Shown here: positions 47,792 through 56,952 of the stretch, one piece after another
Position numbering within the stretch: position 1 is the first letter of the stretch
How the letters are laid out: every line of letters starts with the position of its first letter
Origin: Candidatus Eiseniibacteriota bacterium
GTDB lineage: Bacteria > Eisenbacteria > RBG-16-71-46 > JABDJR01
Length of the DNA: 64,000 nt
NCBI GenBank assembly: GCA_963783375.1
Contig: CAWANH010000029.1
Coordinates: forward strand, 1,216,001 to 1,280,000
Reading direction: 5' to 3'
Notes under the pieces: model-generated
Databases searched by the model: none
The model's input: the letters and a program-made list of their open reading frames with translations, nothing else
Told to the model about the DNA's origin: nothing
Program-made: the position numbers and the translations under genes

Positions 47792-48959
47792 GTCCCCTCC
47801 GATCGGCGGCGCGAAGGCCGGTTTCGTAGAGCGCGAAGAGCCTCTCGAACGTTCGCTCCCAGGTGAGCCCGCCCTCCACCCGGCGGCGCGCGTTTCGCCC
47901 CAGGGTCCCGCGCCGCTCCGGGTCGGCGAGACCCGTCACCGCCTGGGCCAGGGCCTCGGGGTCGAGGCCCGGCAGCAGGATGCCGCACGACGCATCCACG
48001 CGGTCCGTCATCGCCCCCGCCCGCTGGCCGACCACCGGAAGCCCGGAGGCCTGGGCCTCCACCACCGCGAGCCCGAAGGTCTCGAACCGAGCCGCCGACA
48101 CGTACACATCGGCCGAGGCCAGGGCCCGTGCGACGCGGTCGCGGTCGCGCTCGAAGGGAAGGACGACGAGCCGCGGATCCGCCACTGCCGCCCGCTCCCA
48201 GCGAGATTGCTCGGGCCCCTGACCGAGGAGCACCAATCGGGCGTCGATCTTCGAAGGAAGCCGCTTCACCGCTTCCACCAGCACGTCGATCCGCTTTTCC
48301 CGGTCCAGGCGCCCGGCGTGGATGAGCACCAGGTCCCGCTCCCCCGCCCCGATCTCCCGGCGCCACCCGGGATCGCGGCGGCCGGGATGGAAGGTGCGGA
48401 CATCCGCGCCCAGGGACAGTTGCTCCACGTTCTCCACCCCACCCGCGGTCAACGCGCGCGCCCGGTCCGGCGAGGACACCAGGGTCAGATCCAGCCGCGC
48501 GTGGACCCACCGGGCGTAGCGGTCCGCGACCGCGGCGGCCCGGCGCGCCGCCGGCCGCCCGATCACGCGGCCGAGCGGGGTCTCCACGTAGGCCCGCGGA
48601 AAATCGGTGTGGTAGAAGCCGGCCAGAAGCCAGGAGCGCCCGCCGAACCCGCGCGCGGCCCGGGGCTGGAAGTAGGGGTTTCCGATCTCGATCACGTCGG
48701 GGCGGACCGCCTCCACCACCGCGGCGAGCTTTCCGTGGCGGAGCATCGCCCGGTAGGGCGCGCACCCGGGGATGACCGGCGAGGCGATCCCGAAGACTCG
48801 CGTCCGGCCCCGCTCCTCCACCCGGTCGCGCGCCGCGGGAACCACCAGAACGTGCTCGAAGTCGGTGGACTCTCGGATGAAGCGGATCTTCTGGTCGAGG
48901 TAGGTACGGATACCGCCGCTCGTCGGGTGGTAGGCGTCGGTGAGATCCAGGATCCTCAC
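47772..48959 (-). CDS. GT4 glycosyltransferase
   Basis: YHPTSGGIRTY, FYHTDF, GRLDREK, ETFGLAVVEAQASGLP. Confidence 0.9.
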   Translation of the reverse strand: MRILDLTDAYHPTSGGIRTYLDQKIRFIRESTDFEHVLVVPAARDRVEERGRTRVFGIASPVIPGCAPYRAMLRHGKLAAVVEAVRPDVIEIGNPYFQPRAARGFGGRSWLLAGFYHTDFPRAYVETPLGRVIGRPAARRAAAVADRYARWVHARLDLTLVSSPDRARALTAGGVENVEQLSLGADVRTFHPGRRDPGWRREIGAGERDLVLIHAGRLDREKRIDVLVEAVKRLPSKIDARLVLLGQGPEQSRWERAAVADPRLVVLPFERDRDRVARALASADVYVSAARFETFGLAVVEAQASGLPVVGQRAGAMTDRVDASCGILLPGLDPEALAQAVTGLADPERRGTLGRNARRRVEGGLTWERTFERLFALYETGLRAADRRGRALRSA

Positions 48960-49068
48960 GGGTCGCTCCCCGGGCGGGCGGTTCCCGGGCCCGCCGCCGG
49001 CGCGCCCCGGCGCCCGGGCCGGGCGCGTGCCGGGGCGCCGGCGTCGCAGCGAACCCAGGGCGCCGCGC

Positions 49069-50232
49069 TCACCCCGCCGCCAGTTCCATGGCCGCTTCCC
49101 GGACCGGGCTCCGGTGCTCCCGGATCACCCGATGGTAATCGGTGATGAGGCGGCGGTTGATCGTTCCCCAGTCGTAGCGGTCGACGGTGCGGAGCGCGCC
49201 CTCGCGCATGGCGTGGTGGGCCGAGGGGTCGGAAAGCACGGCCCGGACCTTCTCCGCGAAGTCCCCCGGGTTCCTCGGCCGGGCGAGAAGCCCGTTTTGC
49301 CCGGGGACGATCAGGTCCCGGGAGCCGCTGGCCCGGACCCCGACCACCGGAAGCCCCGAAGCGAAGGCCTCCAGGATCACGTTTCCGAAGGTCTCGGTGG
49401 TGGAGGGGAACACGAACAGGTCGGCGGAAGCGTACCAGCGGGCGAGGTCGATCCCGGTCAGATAGCCGGTGAAGTGGGCCTCGGGAAGGCGGGCGCGGAG
49501 ATCCGGACCGAAGGGACCGTCCCCGACCAGAACCAGCTTGAACCGCGTTCCGCGCCCGCGCAGAATGCGCGCCGCCTCGACCAGGTCGGACAGGTCCTTC
49601 TCCCGCACCAGCCGCCCCACGTAGAGCAGCACCGGCTCATCCCCGGCGCCGATGGAGCGGCGGAGTCCCTCGCTCCGGTACCCGGGAGCGAAGCGGTCCC
49701 GCCTCACCCCGCGCTGCCAGAGATCCAGCCGGGGAATGCCCCTGGAGCGGAGGGTCTCCAGGGTGGAGGGCGAGGGAACGTAGGTGGCCCGGCAGCGGGA
49801 ATGGAACCAACGGAGCAGCCGCCAGCCCAACCCCTGGAGCTTTCCCAGGCCGTAGTAGGGGAAGTACGAGACGTAGTTCGTATGGTAGCTGGTCACCACC
49901 GGCAGGTTCCGCCGCCGCCCGTAGGACAGCGCGTAGAGCCCGAGCAGGGTGGGGTTGGCGGCGTGAATGATCTCCGGGCGGAACCGATCCAGGGCCCGGT
50001 CCAGCCGGGGGCTCACCGGGAGGGCGATCCGGTAGTAGCCGTAGCCCGGAAACGGGACCGAAGGCACCTTGTGGACCACGCGGCGGGAGGCCAGGTCGGG
50101 GGCGGGGTCGATGCCGGAGACGATCCGGTAACCGATCCCCTCCCGGTCCATGGATTCGGTCAGGTGGGTGAGGGCGTGGCACACCCCGTCCCGGATGGGG
50201 GGAACCGCCTCCGAGAACAGGGCCACCTGCAT
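49069..50232 (-). CDS. GT4 glycosyltransferase (MgtA/glycolipid synthase-like)
   Basis: PIRDGV, SYHTNYVSY, WQRGV, YVGRLVREK, PSTTETFGNVILEAFASGLP. Confidence 0.9.
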   Translation of the reverse strand: MQVALFSEAVPPIRDGVCHALTHLTESMDREGIGYRIVSGIDPAPDLASRRVVHKVPSVPFPGYGYYRIALPVSPRLDRALDRFRPEIIHAANPTLLGLYALSYGRRRNLPVVTSYHTNYVSYFPYYGLGKLQGLGWRLLRWFHSRCRATYVPSPSTLETLRSRGIPRLDLWQRGVRRDRFAPGYRSEGLRRSIGAGDEPVLLYVGRLVREKDLSDLVEAARILRGRGTRFKLVLVGDGPFGPDLRARLPEAHFTGYLTGIDLARWYASADLFVFPSTTETFGNVILEAFASGLPVVGVRASGSRDLIVPGQNGLLARPRNPGDFAEKVRAVLSDPSAHHAMREGALRTVDRYDWGTINRRLITDYHRVIREHRSPVREAAMELAAG

Positions 50233-50236
50233 CGGC

Positions 50237-51337
50237 TCAGCTTCCTCCGGTCATCCCGTCCAGCACCGCGGCGATCCGCTCCCCCGCCCTGCCGTCCCAG
50301 AGTTCGGGAACCTTCCCCGCCTTCCCCCCCTCCCGGAGCACCTGTTCCCCCGCGGTCACGATCCGCTCCGGGTCGATTCCCACCAGCTCGTTGGTCCCCT
50401 CGGTCACCGTGACCGGACGCTCGGTGTTGAGCCGGACGGTGAGGCAGGGCACCCCCATGAAGGTGGTCTCCTCCTGGATGCCGCCGGAGTCGGTGACCAC
50501 CAGGGCCGCGTTGTCCTCCAGCTTCAGGAAGTCCAGGTAGCCCAGGGGATCGGCCAGGCGAAGCCCGGGGCGGGCGGTGAGGATCTCCTCGAACCCGAAC
50601 TCCCGGATTCGGTTCCGGGTCCGGGGATGCACCGGGAAGAGCACCGGAAGGTGTCTGGAGAGATGCCCCAGGGCCTCGAGGATCCCCCGGAACACCGCGG
50701 GCTCGTCCACGTTCGAGGGCCGGTGCAAGGTGACCAGGATGTACCCGCGCGGCCCCACCCCCAGGTCCGTGAGCGCCGCGCTTTGCGCCGCGCGCTCCCG
50801 GTGGTGAACCAGGGAATCGATCATCACGTTCCCCACGAAGTGGATCCGCTCCGCCGCCACCCCCTCCCGGAGGAGGTTCGGCGCGGCGTCGGCGCAGGAG
50901 GTGAAGAGATCGTCGGCCAGCGTATCGGTGACCAGGCGGTTGATCTCCTCCGGCATGTCCCGGTCGAAGGAGCGAAGCCCCGACTCCACGTGCCCCAGCC
51001 GGATCCGGAGCTTGGACGCCACCAGGGAGCAGGCCAGGGTGGAGTTCACGTCCCCCACCACCAGCACGTAGTCCGGCGCGTGCTCCAGGCAGAGGTCCTC
51101 GAAGGCGTTCATCACCTTCGCGGTCTGCTTGGTGTGGGAGTCGGATCCGACCCCGAGGTGGACGTCGGGCCGGGGGAGCCCCAGGTCCTCGAAGAACACC
51201 TTGCTCATGGCGTCGTCGTAGTGCTGGCCGGTGTGGACCAGGAGCGGGGTGAGGGACGGGAACTTCGCCGCCGCCTCGATGACCGGGCCGATCTTCATGA
51301 AGTTGGGGCGCGCCCCCACCACGCAGGCGATCTTCAT
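50237..51337 (-). CDS. wecB: UDP-N-acetylglucosamine 2-epimerase (non-hydrolysing)
   Basis: VGARPNFMK, HTGQHYD, GDVNST, HVESGLRS, MPEEINR, TDSGGIQEE, TERP; ATGA overlap with rfbB. Confidence 0.95.
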   Translation of the reverse strand: MKIACVVGARPNFMKIGPVIEAAAKFPSLTPLLVHTGQHYDDAMSKVFFEDLGLPRPDVHLGVGSDSHTKQTAKVMNAFEDLCLEHAPDYVLVVGDVNSTLACSLVASKLRIRLGHVESGLRSFDRDMPEEINRLVTDTLADDLFTSCADAAPNLLREGVAAERIHFVGNVMIDSLVHHRERAAQSAALTDLGVGPRGYILVTLHRPSNVDEPAVFRGILEALGHLSRHLPVLFPVHPRTRNRIREFGFEEILTARPGLRLADPLGYLDFLKLEDNAALVVTDSGGIQEETTFMGVPCLTVRLNTERPVTVTEGTNELVGIDPERIVTAGEQVLREGGKAGKVPELWDGRAGERIAAVLDGMTGGS

Positions 51338-52368
51338 CGGTCGCCGTACATCTTCTCGTAGTAGTCGCGGAAGGCGCCGCTCTTGATCCGCTCCCACCAC
51401 GTGCGGTGGTCCACGTACCAGCGGATGGTCTCGGGAAGGCCGGTCCCGAAGCCGATCTCCGGCTCGAATCCCGTCCGCTCGGTGATCTTGGACCCGTCCA
51501 GGGCGTAGCGGCGGTCGTGGCCGAGGCGGTCGGTGACGTGCTGGAGGAGGCTCGGGGGCTTTCCCAGGGTCTCGAGGATCACCGCCGCGATCTCGAGGAC
51601 GTCCCGCTCGTTCCCCCCCGCGATGTTGAAGATCTCCCCCACCACGCCCTCCGCGTCGGCGGCCAGCAGGGTCTCCAGGGCCCGACAATGGTCGGCCACG
51701 TGGATCCAGTCCCGCCGGTTCCGCCCGCTGCCGTACACCGGGAGCGGCCGGTCCTCCATGGCGTTGGTGGTGAAGAGGGGGATCATCTTCTCCGGGTACT
51801 GGTAGGGGCCGTAGTTGTTGCTGCAGCGGGTGATCACCACCGGGAGGCCGAAGGTGGCCGAGAAGGCCTGGGCCATGGCGTCGCCGCCGGCCTTGGTGGC
51901 GCTGTAGGGGTTCCGGGGCTTCAAGGGCGCCTCCTCGGTCACCGGATCCCCCATGACCTCCCCGTAGACCTCGTCGGTTCCCACCTGGATGAAGCGGCGG
52001 ACCGGGTGCTTCCGGGCCGCGTTCAGGAGGGTCAGCGGACCCTCGATGTTGGCGCGGATGAGCGGCGCCTGGTTCTCGATCGCCCGGTCCACGTGGGTCT
52101 CGGCGGCGAAGTTCACCACGTAGTCGGCGCGCTCCACCAACGGCTCCACCGCCGCGGGATCGGCCACGTCGCCCCGGACGAAGGTGAAGCGGGGATCCTC
52201 CTCGAAGGCTCGGTGGTTCTCCAGGTTCCCGGCGTAGGTGAGGAGATCGAGCACGATCACCTCGACCCGGCGCCCCGGCGACAGCAGGCGGTGCACGAAG
52301 TTGGTGCCGATGAACCCGGCCCCGCCCGCCACCAGGACCGTGCCCTCGGAGAGCCCAGGGTCGGCCAC
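51334..52368 (-). CDS. rfbB: dTDP-glucose 4,6-dehydratase
   Basis: GGAGFIG, LTYAGN, FAAETHVDR, TDEVYG, YSATK, CSNNYGPYQYPEK, GHDRRYA. Confidence 0.95.
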   Translation of the reverse strand: MADPGLSEGTVLVAGGAGFIGTNFVHRLLSPGRRVEVIVLDLLTYAGNLENHRAFEEDPRFTFVRGDVADPAAVEPLVERADYVVNFAAETHVDRAIENQAPLIRANIEGPLTLLNAARKHPVRRFIQVGTDEVYGEVMGDPVTEEAPLKPRNPYSATKAGGDAMAQAFSATFGLPVVITRCSNNYGPYQYPEKMIPLFTTNAMEDRPLPVYGSGRNRRDWIHVADHCRALETLLAADAEGVVGEIFNIAGGNERDVLEIAAVILETLGKPPSLLQHVTDRLGHDRRYALDGSKITERTGFEPEIGFGTGLPETIRWYVDHRTWWERIKSGAFRDYYEKMYGDR

Positions 52369-52371
52369 CGG

Positions 52372-53700
52372 CTACACGCCCTCGGGCATGGACGGGATCC
52401 CGCGTCCCACTCCCCGGTGCACGAAGCCCAGGCTCCGCATCCGCTCCGGCTCGTAGATGTTCTTGAGGTCCACCACCAGGTTGCCCTTCAGGAGCTCGCG
52501 GATCCGCTTCAGATCCATGGTGCGGAACTCGTTCCATTCGGTGGCGATCACCACCGCGTCGGCGCCCTCGACCGCGGCCCAGAGATCGGCGGCGTACTCG
52601 ACGTCGGGGACCTCCTGCTTGGCGTTCTCCATGGCGATGGGATCGAAGGCGCGCACCGTCGCCCCCTTGTCGCGCAGGAACCGGCAGAAGTCCACCCCCA
52701 CCGAATAGCGGATGTCGTCGGTCTGGGGCTTGAAGGCCAGGCCGAGCACCGCCACCGTCTTTCCCTTGAGGCCGCCGAGGGCGGTCTCGGTCCGGGCCAT
52801 GAGCCGCCGCCGCTGTTCGTTGTTCACCTCGATGGTGGACTGCACGACCTTGAGCGGATAGCCGAGGCTCCGCGCCAGATGGTCCAGGGCCTCGGTGTCC
52901 TTGGGGAAGCAGGAACCGCCGTACCCGGCGCCGGCGTGAAGGAACTTGGAGCCGATCCGCCGGTCCAGCCCGATCCCCCGCTCCAGCACCTTCACGTCCG
53001 CCCCCACCAGCTCGCACAGGTTGGCCATCTCGTTGATGAAGGAGATCTTGGTGGCCAGGAAAGCGTTGGCCGCGTACTTGATCAGCTCGGCGGTCTCCAC
53101 CGTGGTCTTCACCATCGGGGTCTCGTTCAGGTAGAGCGGCTTGTAGACGTCCACCAGAACCTCTTCCGCCTGCTTGCTCCAGGTCCCGATCACTACCCGG
53201 TCGGGGCGCATGAAGTCCTCGACCGCGCTCCCCTCGCGGAGGAACTCGGGGTTCGAGGCCACGTCGAAGTCGTGGTCCCCGTTCCGCTGGGCGTGGATGA
53301 GATCGCGGATCCGGGCTCCGGTCCCCACCGGCACCGTGCTCTTCTGCACGATCACCTTGTAGCCGTTGATGTGCTTGGCGATCTCCCGGGCCACCTGGAA
53401 GACGTACTGGAGGTCGGCCTCCCCGTCCGATCCGCGCGGGGTCCCCACGCAGATGAAGATGACGTCGTTCTCGCGGATGGCGGTGGGGAGATCGGTCGAG
53501 AAGGTGAGCCGCCGCTCCCGCACGTTCCGCTCCACCAGTTCCTCGAGCCCGAACTCGTAGAAGGGGACCTTGCCCTTGCGGAGGCTCTCGACCTTGGACA
53601 CGTCGGCGTCCACCGCGGTGACCTCGTTGCCGTAATCGGCGAGGCAGGCGCCCGACACGAGACCCACGTACCCGGTCCCGACCATACAGATGCGATGCAT
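52372..53700 (-). CDS. ugd: UDP-glucose/GDP-mannose family dehydrogenase
   Basis: GTGYVGL, KSTVPVGT, SNPEFLREG, IKYAANAFLA, GYGGSCFPKD, GLAFKP.TDD.R. Confidence 0.95.
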   Translation of the reverse strand: MHRICMVGTGYVGLVSGACLADYGNEVTAVDADVSKVESLRKGKVPFYEFGLEELVERNVRERRLTFSTDLPTAIRENDVIFICVGTPRGSDGEADLQYVFQVAREIAKHINGYKVIVQKSTVPVGTGARIRDLIHAQRNGDHDFDVASNPEFLREGSAVEDFMRPDRVVIGTWSKQAEEVLVDVYKPLYLNETPMVKTTVETAELIKYAANAFLATKISFINEMANLCELVGADVKVLERGIGLDRRIGSKFLHAGAGYGGSCFPKDTEALDHLARSLGYPLKVVQSTIEVNNEQRRRLMARTETALGGLKGKTVAVLGLAFKPQTDDIRYSVGVDFCRFLRDKGATVRAFDPIAMENAKQEVPDVEYAADLWAAVEGADAVVIATEWNEFRTMDLKRIRELLKGNLVVDLKNIYEPERMRSLGFVHRGVGRGIPSMPEGV

Positions 53701-53742
53701 GTGTTCACTCCCGGACAAGCATAGGGGTTAAAGCGAGGCAAG

Positions 53743-53772
53743 AGTATAAGCGTCAAAGGGTTGCCGGAGCAA
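53743..53772 (-). promoter_or_regulatory. Putative promoter of the ugd-rfbB-wecB-GT operon
   Basis: Minus strand TTGCTC, 18 nt, TATACT in an AT-rich patch. Confidence 0.5.
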
Positions 53773-53861
53773 GACGGATGGCCTCTGCGGGCGAGGAAAG
53801 GTGGCGGGCGGGCGGCGCCCTCGATCTCCCCGAGCGCCTCCCGGGCCGGGCGGGGCCGCCC

Positions 53862-54569
53862 TCAGCCGACGGCCTCCATCTCCCGGAGCACCTCCCGGGC
53901 GGCGGCCGGAGGATCCTCCGCGGCGGTAATCGCGCGCCCCACCACGAGGTGGGTGGCCCCGGCCCGAAGCGCCGCCGCGGGGGTGGCGGTCCGGGCCTGG
54001 TCCCCCGCCCCGGTTCCGGCGGGGCGGATGCCGGGGATGACCTTGAGGAACTCTCCGGGGAGGGCGGCGGCCAGCGCCCCGAGTTCGAGCGCCGAGGCCA
54101 CCACGCCGTCCAACCCGGCTTCCCGCGCGGCCCGGGCGAAGGCCTCCACCCGCGGCCGGGCGTCGGCGCTCCGGTAGACCTCGGGGTACTCGCTACCGTC
54201 CAGGCTGGTGAGCACGGTGACCCCGAGTAGCTTGAGGGCGGTCTTCGGGGCCTCGTTCCGGGCGGACACCGCGGCCCGGAGCATGGCCGGACCTCCCTCG
54301 GCGTGCACGGTCAGGAAGTCGGCCCCCAGACCGGAGACGCTCCGGACCGCGCCGGCCACGGTGTTGGGAATGTCGTGAAGCTTCAAGTCCAGGAATACCC
54401 GATTGCCGCGCCCGGTGAGGGCGCGCACCACGTCGGGGCCCTCGGCGGTGAAGAGCTCGAGCCCCACCTTGTACCAGAGAACGGCGTCCCCCAACCGGTC
54501 GGCCAGGGCCAGGGCCGCCGCCGCGGTGGGAACGTCCAGGGCCACGATCATCCGATCCCGAGCTTCCAT
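53862..54569 (-). CDS. pyrF: Orotidine-5'-phosphate decarboxylase
   Basis: IVALD, KVGLELF, FLDLKLHDIPNTV, VTVLTS, PGIR, DQAR, VVGRAI. Confidence 0.97.
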   Translation of the reverse strand: MEARDRMIVALDVPTAAAALALADRLGDAVLWYKVGLELFTAEGPDVVRALTGRGNRVFLDLKLHDIPNTVAGAVRSVSGLGADFLTVHAEGGPAMLRAAVSARNEAPKTALKLLGVTVLTSLDGSEYPEVYRSADARPRVEAFARAAREAGLDGVVASALELGALAAALPGEFLKVIPGIRPAGTGAGDQARTATPAAALRAGATHLVVGRAITAAEDPPAAAREVLREMEAVG

Positions 54570-54705
54570 GCCGCTCCTCTCCGGTCGGGGGCCCCCGATG
54601 ATCCTCGACCGGGGGCGCACCCCGCCGCTTGGTGGCCGCGCGATTCGCCCATGTTCCCCGGGGAGACCAGCGCCCCGCGATTCCCAGGGCGTGGCGCCCG
54701 CCCCG

Positions 54706-55677
54706 CTATTCGGTGGCCGCGGTCCCCGAGGCCTCGGTCCCCTCCTTCCAACGACGGTAGGCGGCGAGGTCGTCCGACACCCACTTGAGGGCCAGGCTGA
54801 TCACCGCCGCATCGTCCACGTAGCCGATCAGGGGAACGAAGTCGGGGATCACGTCGATCGGGCTCACGAAGTAGACGATGGCCCCGGTCATGGCCGCGAT
54901 GGACTTCCAGGGGATCTCGCGGTAGGTCCCGCTCCAGTAGTCCCTGACACAGGTGACCATGGCCTTGAGATCGGCCCAGAGTTCCTTCAGGGGTTGGGGA
55001 ATGTCCCGGGCCAGGTTGGCCAACTTCTTCGGTCCCTTCTTGGCCGCGTATTCAACGTCGGCGTCGTCCACGTTTCGAACTCCCTCCTCGAACTCGGCCA
55101 ACGCGAGGTTCAGTTCCTGGGCGTCGTCGGTCATGAGTTCGTGCTCGGGGATCGGCCGTGGCCCGGTGGGCCACCGGGGGGCCATGCGCGCGGAACGGGG
55201 CTCCACCGGCCCGCGGGTCGCGGCGCGGCGGGCCGGCTTCTTCGACGCGCTTCCCGCCCCCGCCTTCTTCTTCGATGTCTTTCGCTTTCCGGCCCGTTTC
55301 GCCGAGGGCTTCCTCTTGACCGGACTCCCACCGGCGGAGGTCTTGGGGGCCTTCTTCCTAGGAGCCGCATTCCCAGCCCGCTTGCCGGCGGACGCCTTCG
55401 TTGAAGTCTTCGGGGTCGTGGGTTTCCTTCCGGTCTTCTTCTTCGCCCCGGCCTTCTTCGCCCCGGCTTTCTTCGTCGCGGCTTTCTTTCCCCCGGCGCG
55501 CTTTTTGCCCGTGGCGGGCTTCCCGCTCCCGGCGGCCTTCCTGCCCGTGGCTGGCTTCCCGCCCCCGGCGGCCTTCCTGCCCGAGGCGGGCTTTCCGCTG
55601 CCGGCGGACTTCTTCCCGCGATTCGAACCCGGCCGGGATGATTGTTTCGAGGCGCGCGGGGCGGCTTTGCGGGCCAT
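54706..55677 (-). CDS. Histone H1-like Lys/Ala-rich N-terminus fused to a YkvA/DUF1232 domain
   Basis: About 150 aa of K/A/G/R-rich repeats (GKPATGRKAA, KKAGA), then YFVSPIDVIPDFVPLIGYVDD. Confidence 0.85.
   Translation of the reverse strand: MARKAAPRASKQSSRPGSNRGKKSAGSGKPASGRKAAGGGKPATGRKAAGSGKPATGKKRAGGKKAATKKAGAKKAGAKKKTGRKPTTPKTSTKASAGKRAGNAAPRKKAPKTSAGGSPVKRKPSAKRAGKRKTSKKKAGAGSASKKPARRAATRGPVEPRSARMAPRWPTGPRPIPEHELMTDDAQELNLALAEFEEGVRNVDDADVEYAAKKGPKKLANLARDIPQPLKELWADLKAMVTCVRDYWSGTYREIPWKSIAAMTGAIVYFVSPIDVIPDFVPLIGYVDDAAVISLALKWVSDDLAAYRRWKEGTEASGTAATE
55504..55611. repeat. Three 36-bp tandem coding repeats (12 aa, GSGKPA[S/T]GRKAA)
   Basis: tgcccg..gc.ggcttccc..gc..ccggcgg units seen directly in the H1-like gene. 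Confidence 0.75.
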
Positions 55678-55813
55678 GAATCTTCCTCCTCTCGATTTCA
55701 GCGATTTCGCCTGAGGGCCGATCCGCCTTCAGTTTGACATCGCCCGCCCGGGGACACAATGATTCCTCCTCCCGGCGCGGCGCCCGGCCCCGCGGCGGAA
55801 CGGGAGGCCCTCT

Positions 55814-56833
55814 GTGAAGGTTACGTTCGAGGTGGAGGTGGACGAGGCGATCTGGTCGCGGCTCGTGGACGCCGACCCCGCCGCCACCCCGTTTCACACC
55901 GTGGAATGGCTCCGGACGTGGTCCCGGGCCTTCCCGACGCTCCGCCCGGGCCGGCTTGTGGCGCGGGACGGTGGCGGCACGGTCCTCGGCGGCCTCCCGG
56001 TCTTCCGGTCGGTGCGCACCGGGCTCACCCAGCTTCTCTCCCTCCCCTACGGCGCGTACGGCGGGCCGGTGGCCGCGGCCTCCGAGGAGCCGGAACGGGC
56101 TCCGGTGCGGGACGCCCTCATCCGAGCCTGGATCGCCGAGGCGCGAAAGCCCGGGGTGGTGCGCGCGCACCTCGCGCTGTTCGGGTGGGCGCCCTCCGGG
56201 GCCTCGGAGGGATACGCACTGCCCGCGGAGGTTCCGGCGGCGTGGCTCCACACCCACCGGACCCGCGTCCTGGATCTCACCCCCGGATTCGAGCGGCTCT
56301 GGACCGACGTCTTCCGCGGGCGGGTCCGCACCGCCTGGCGTCGCGCGGAGAAGCTGGGGGTGACGGTGGCGCGGGAGGACGGCGAGGCGGCGGCCCGGGA
56401 AGCGGAGCGGCTCTACCGCCCCCAGGCCAGAATCTGGAGTCGCTACACCCCCTTTCCCCCCTCGCTCTTCTTCCGGCTCGCGGAGGCCGGGCCGGAACGG
56501 GTGGCGTTCTGGATCGCGCGCCACGAGGGACGGGCGGTCTCGATCCAGATCGTCCTCGAGCACGGACTTCAAGCCGCATCCTGGCTGATTGTGAACGCCC
56601 CCGAGGCCCGCGCCCTGAGCGCAGGGGTCCCGATCACCGGCGTTCCGATCGAGGCTGCGTGCCGCCGTGGATGCCACATCTTCAACTTCGGGAGCAGTAG
56701 CGGCATGCCCTCCCTCGACCACTACAAGGCGTCGTTCGGGGGAGGCGATCGCGTCTATCCCTCGCTCGACTACGAGGCGGCGTGGTTCCGTCCTCTCCGC
56801 CACCTCTACTACCGGGTTCGCGGGGTGGGCTGA
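55814..56833 (+). CDS. GNAT/FemAB-like acyltransferase (CelD/BcsL type)
   Basis: ATPFHTVEW, SLPYGAYGG, RTAWRRAEKLGV, FNFGSS...LDHYKASFGG. Confidence 0.85.
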   Translation: MKVTFEVEVDEAIWSRLVDADPAATPFHTVEWLRTWSRAFPTLRPGRLVARDGGGTVLGGLPVFRSVRTGLTQLLSLPYGAYGGPVAAASEEPERAPVRDALIRAWIAEARKPGVVRAHLALFGWAPSGASEGYALPAEVPAAWLHTHRTRVLDLTPGFERLWTDVFRGRVRTAWRRAEKLGVTVAREDGEAAAREAERLYRPQARIWSRYTPFPPSLFFRLAEAGPERVAFWIARHEGRAVSIQIVLEHGLQAASWLIVNAPEARALSAGVPITGVPIEAACRRGCHIFNFGSSSGMPSLDHYKASFGGGDRVYPSLDYEAAWFRPLRHLYYRVRGVG

Positions 56834-56952
56834 GGGAGCGGGCGCGGCGGGCGGAGACCGGGATGGCATGGACGGTCGGGACGTTGTTGGGAGCGGCCCG
56901 GCCCCGGAAGCGCACGGCCGGAGCTTTCTTGCGGAGAGAGCGCGCACGGGGC

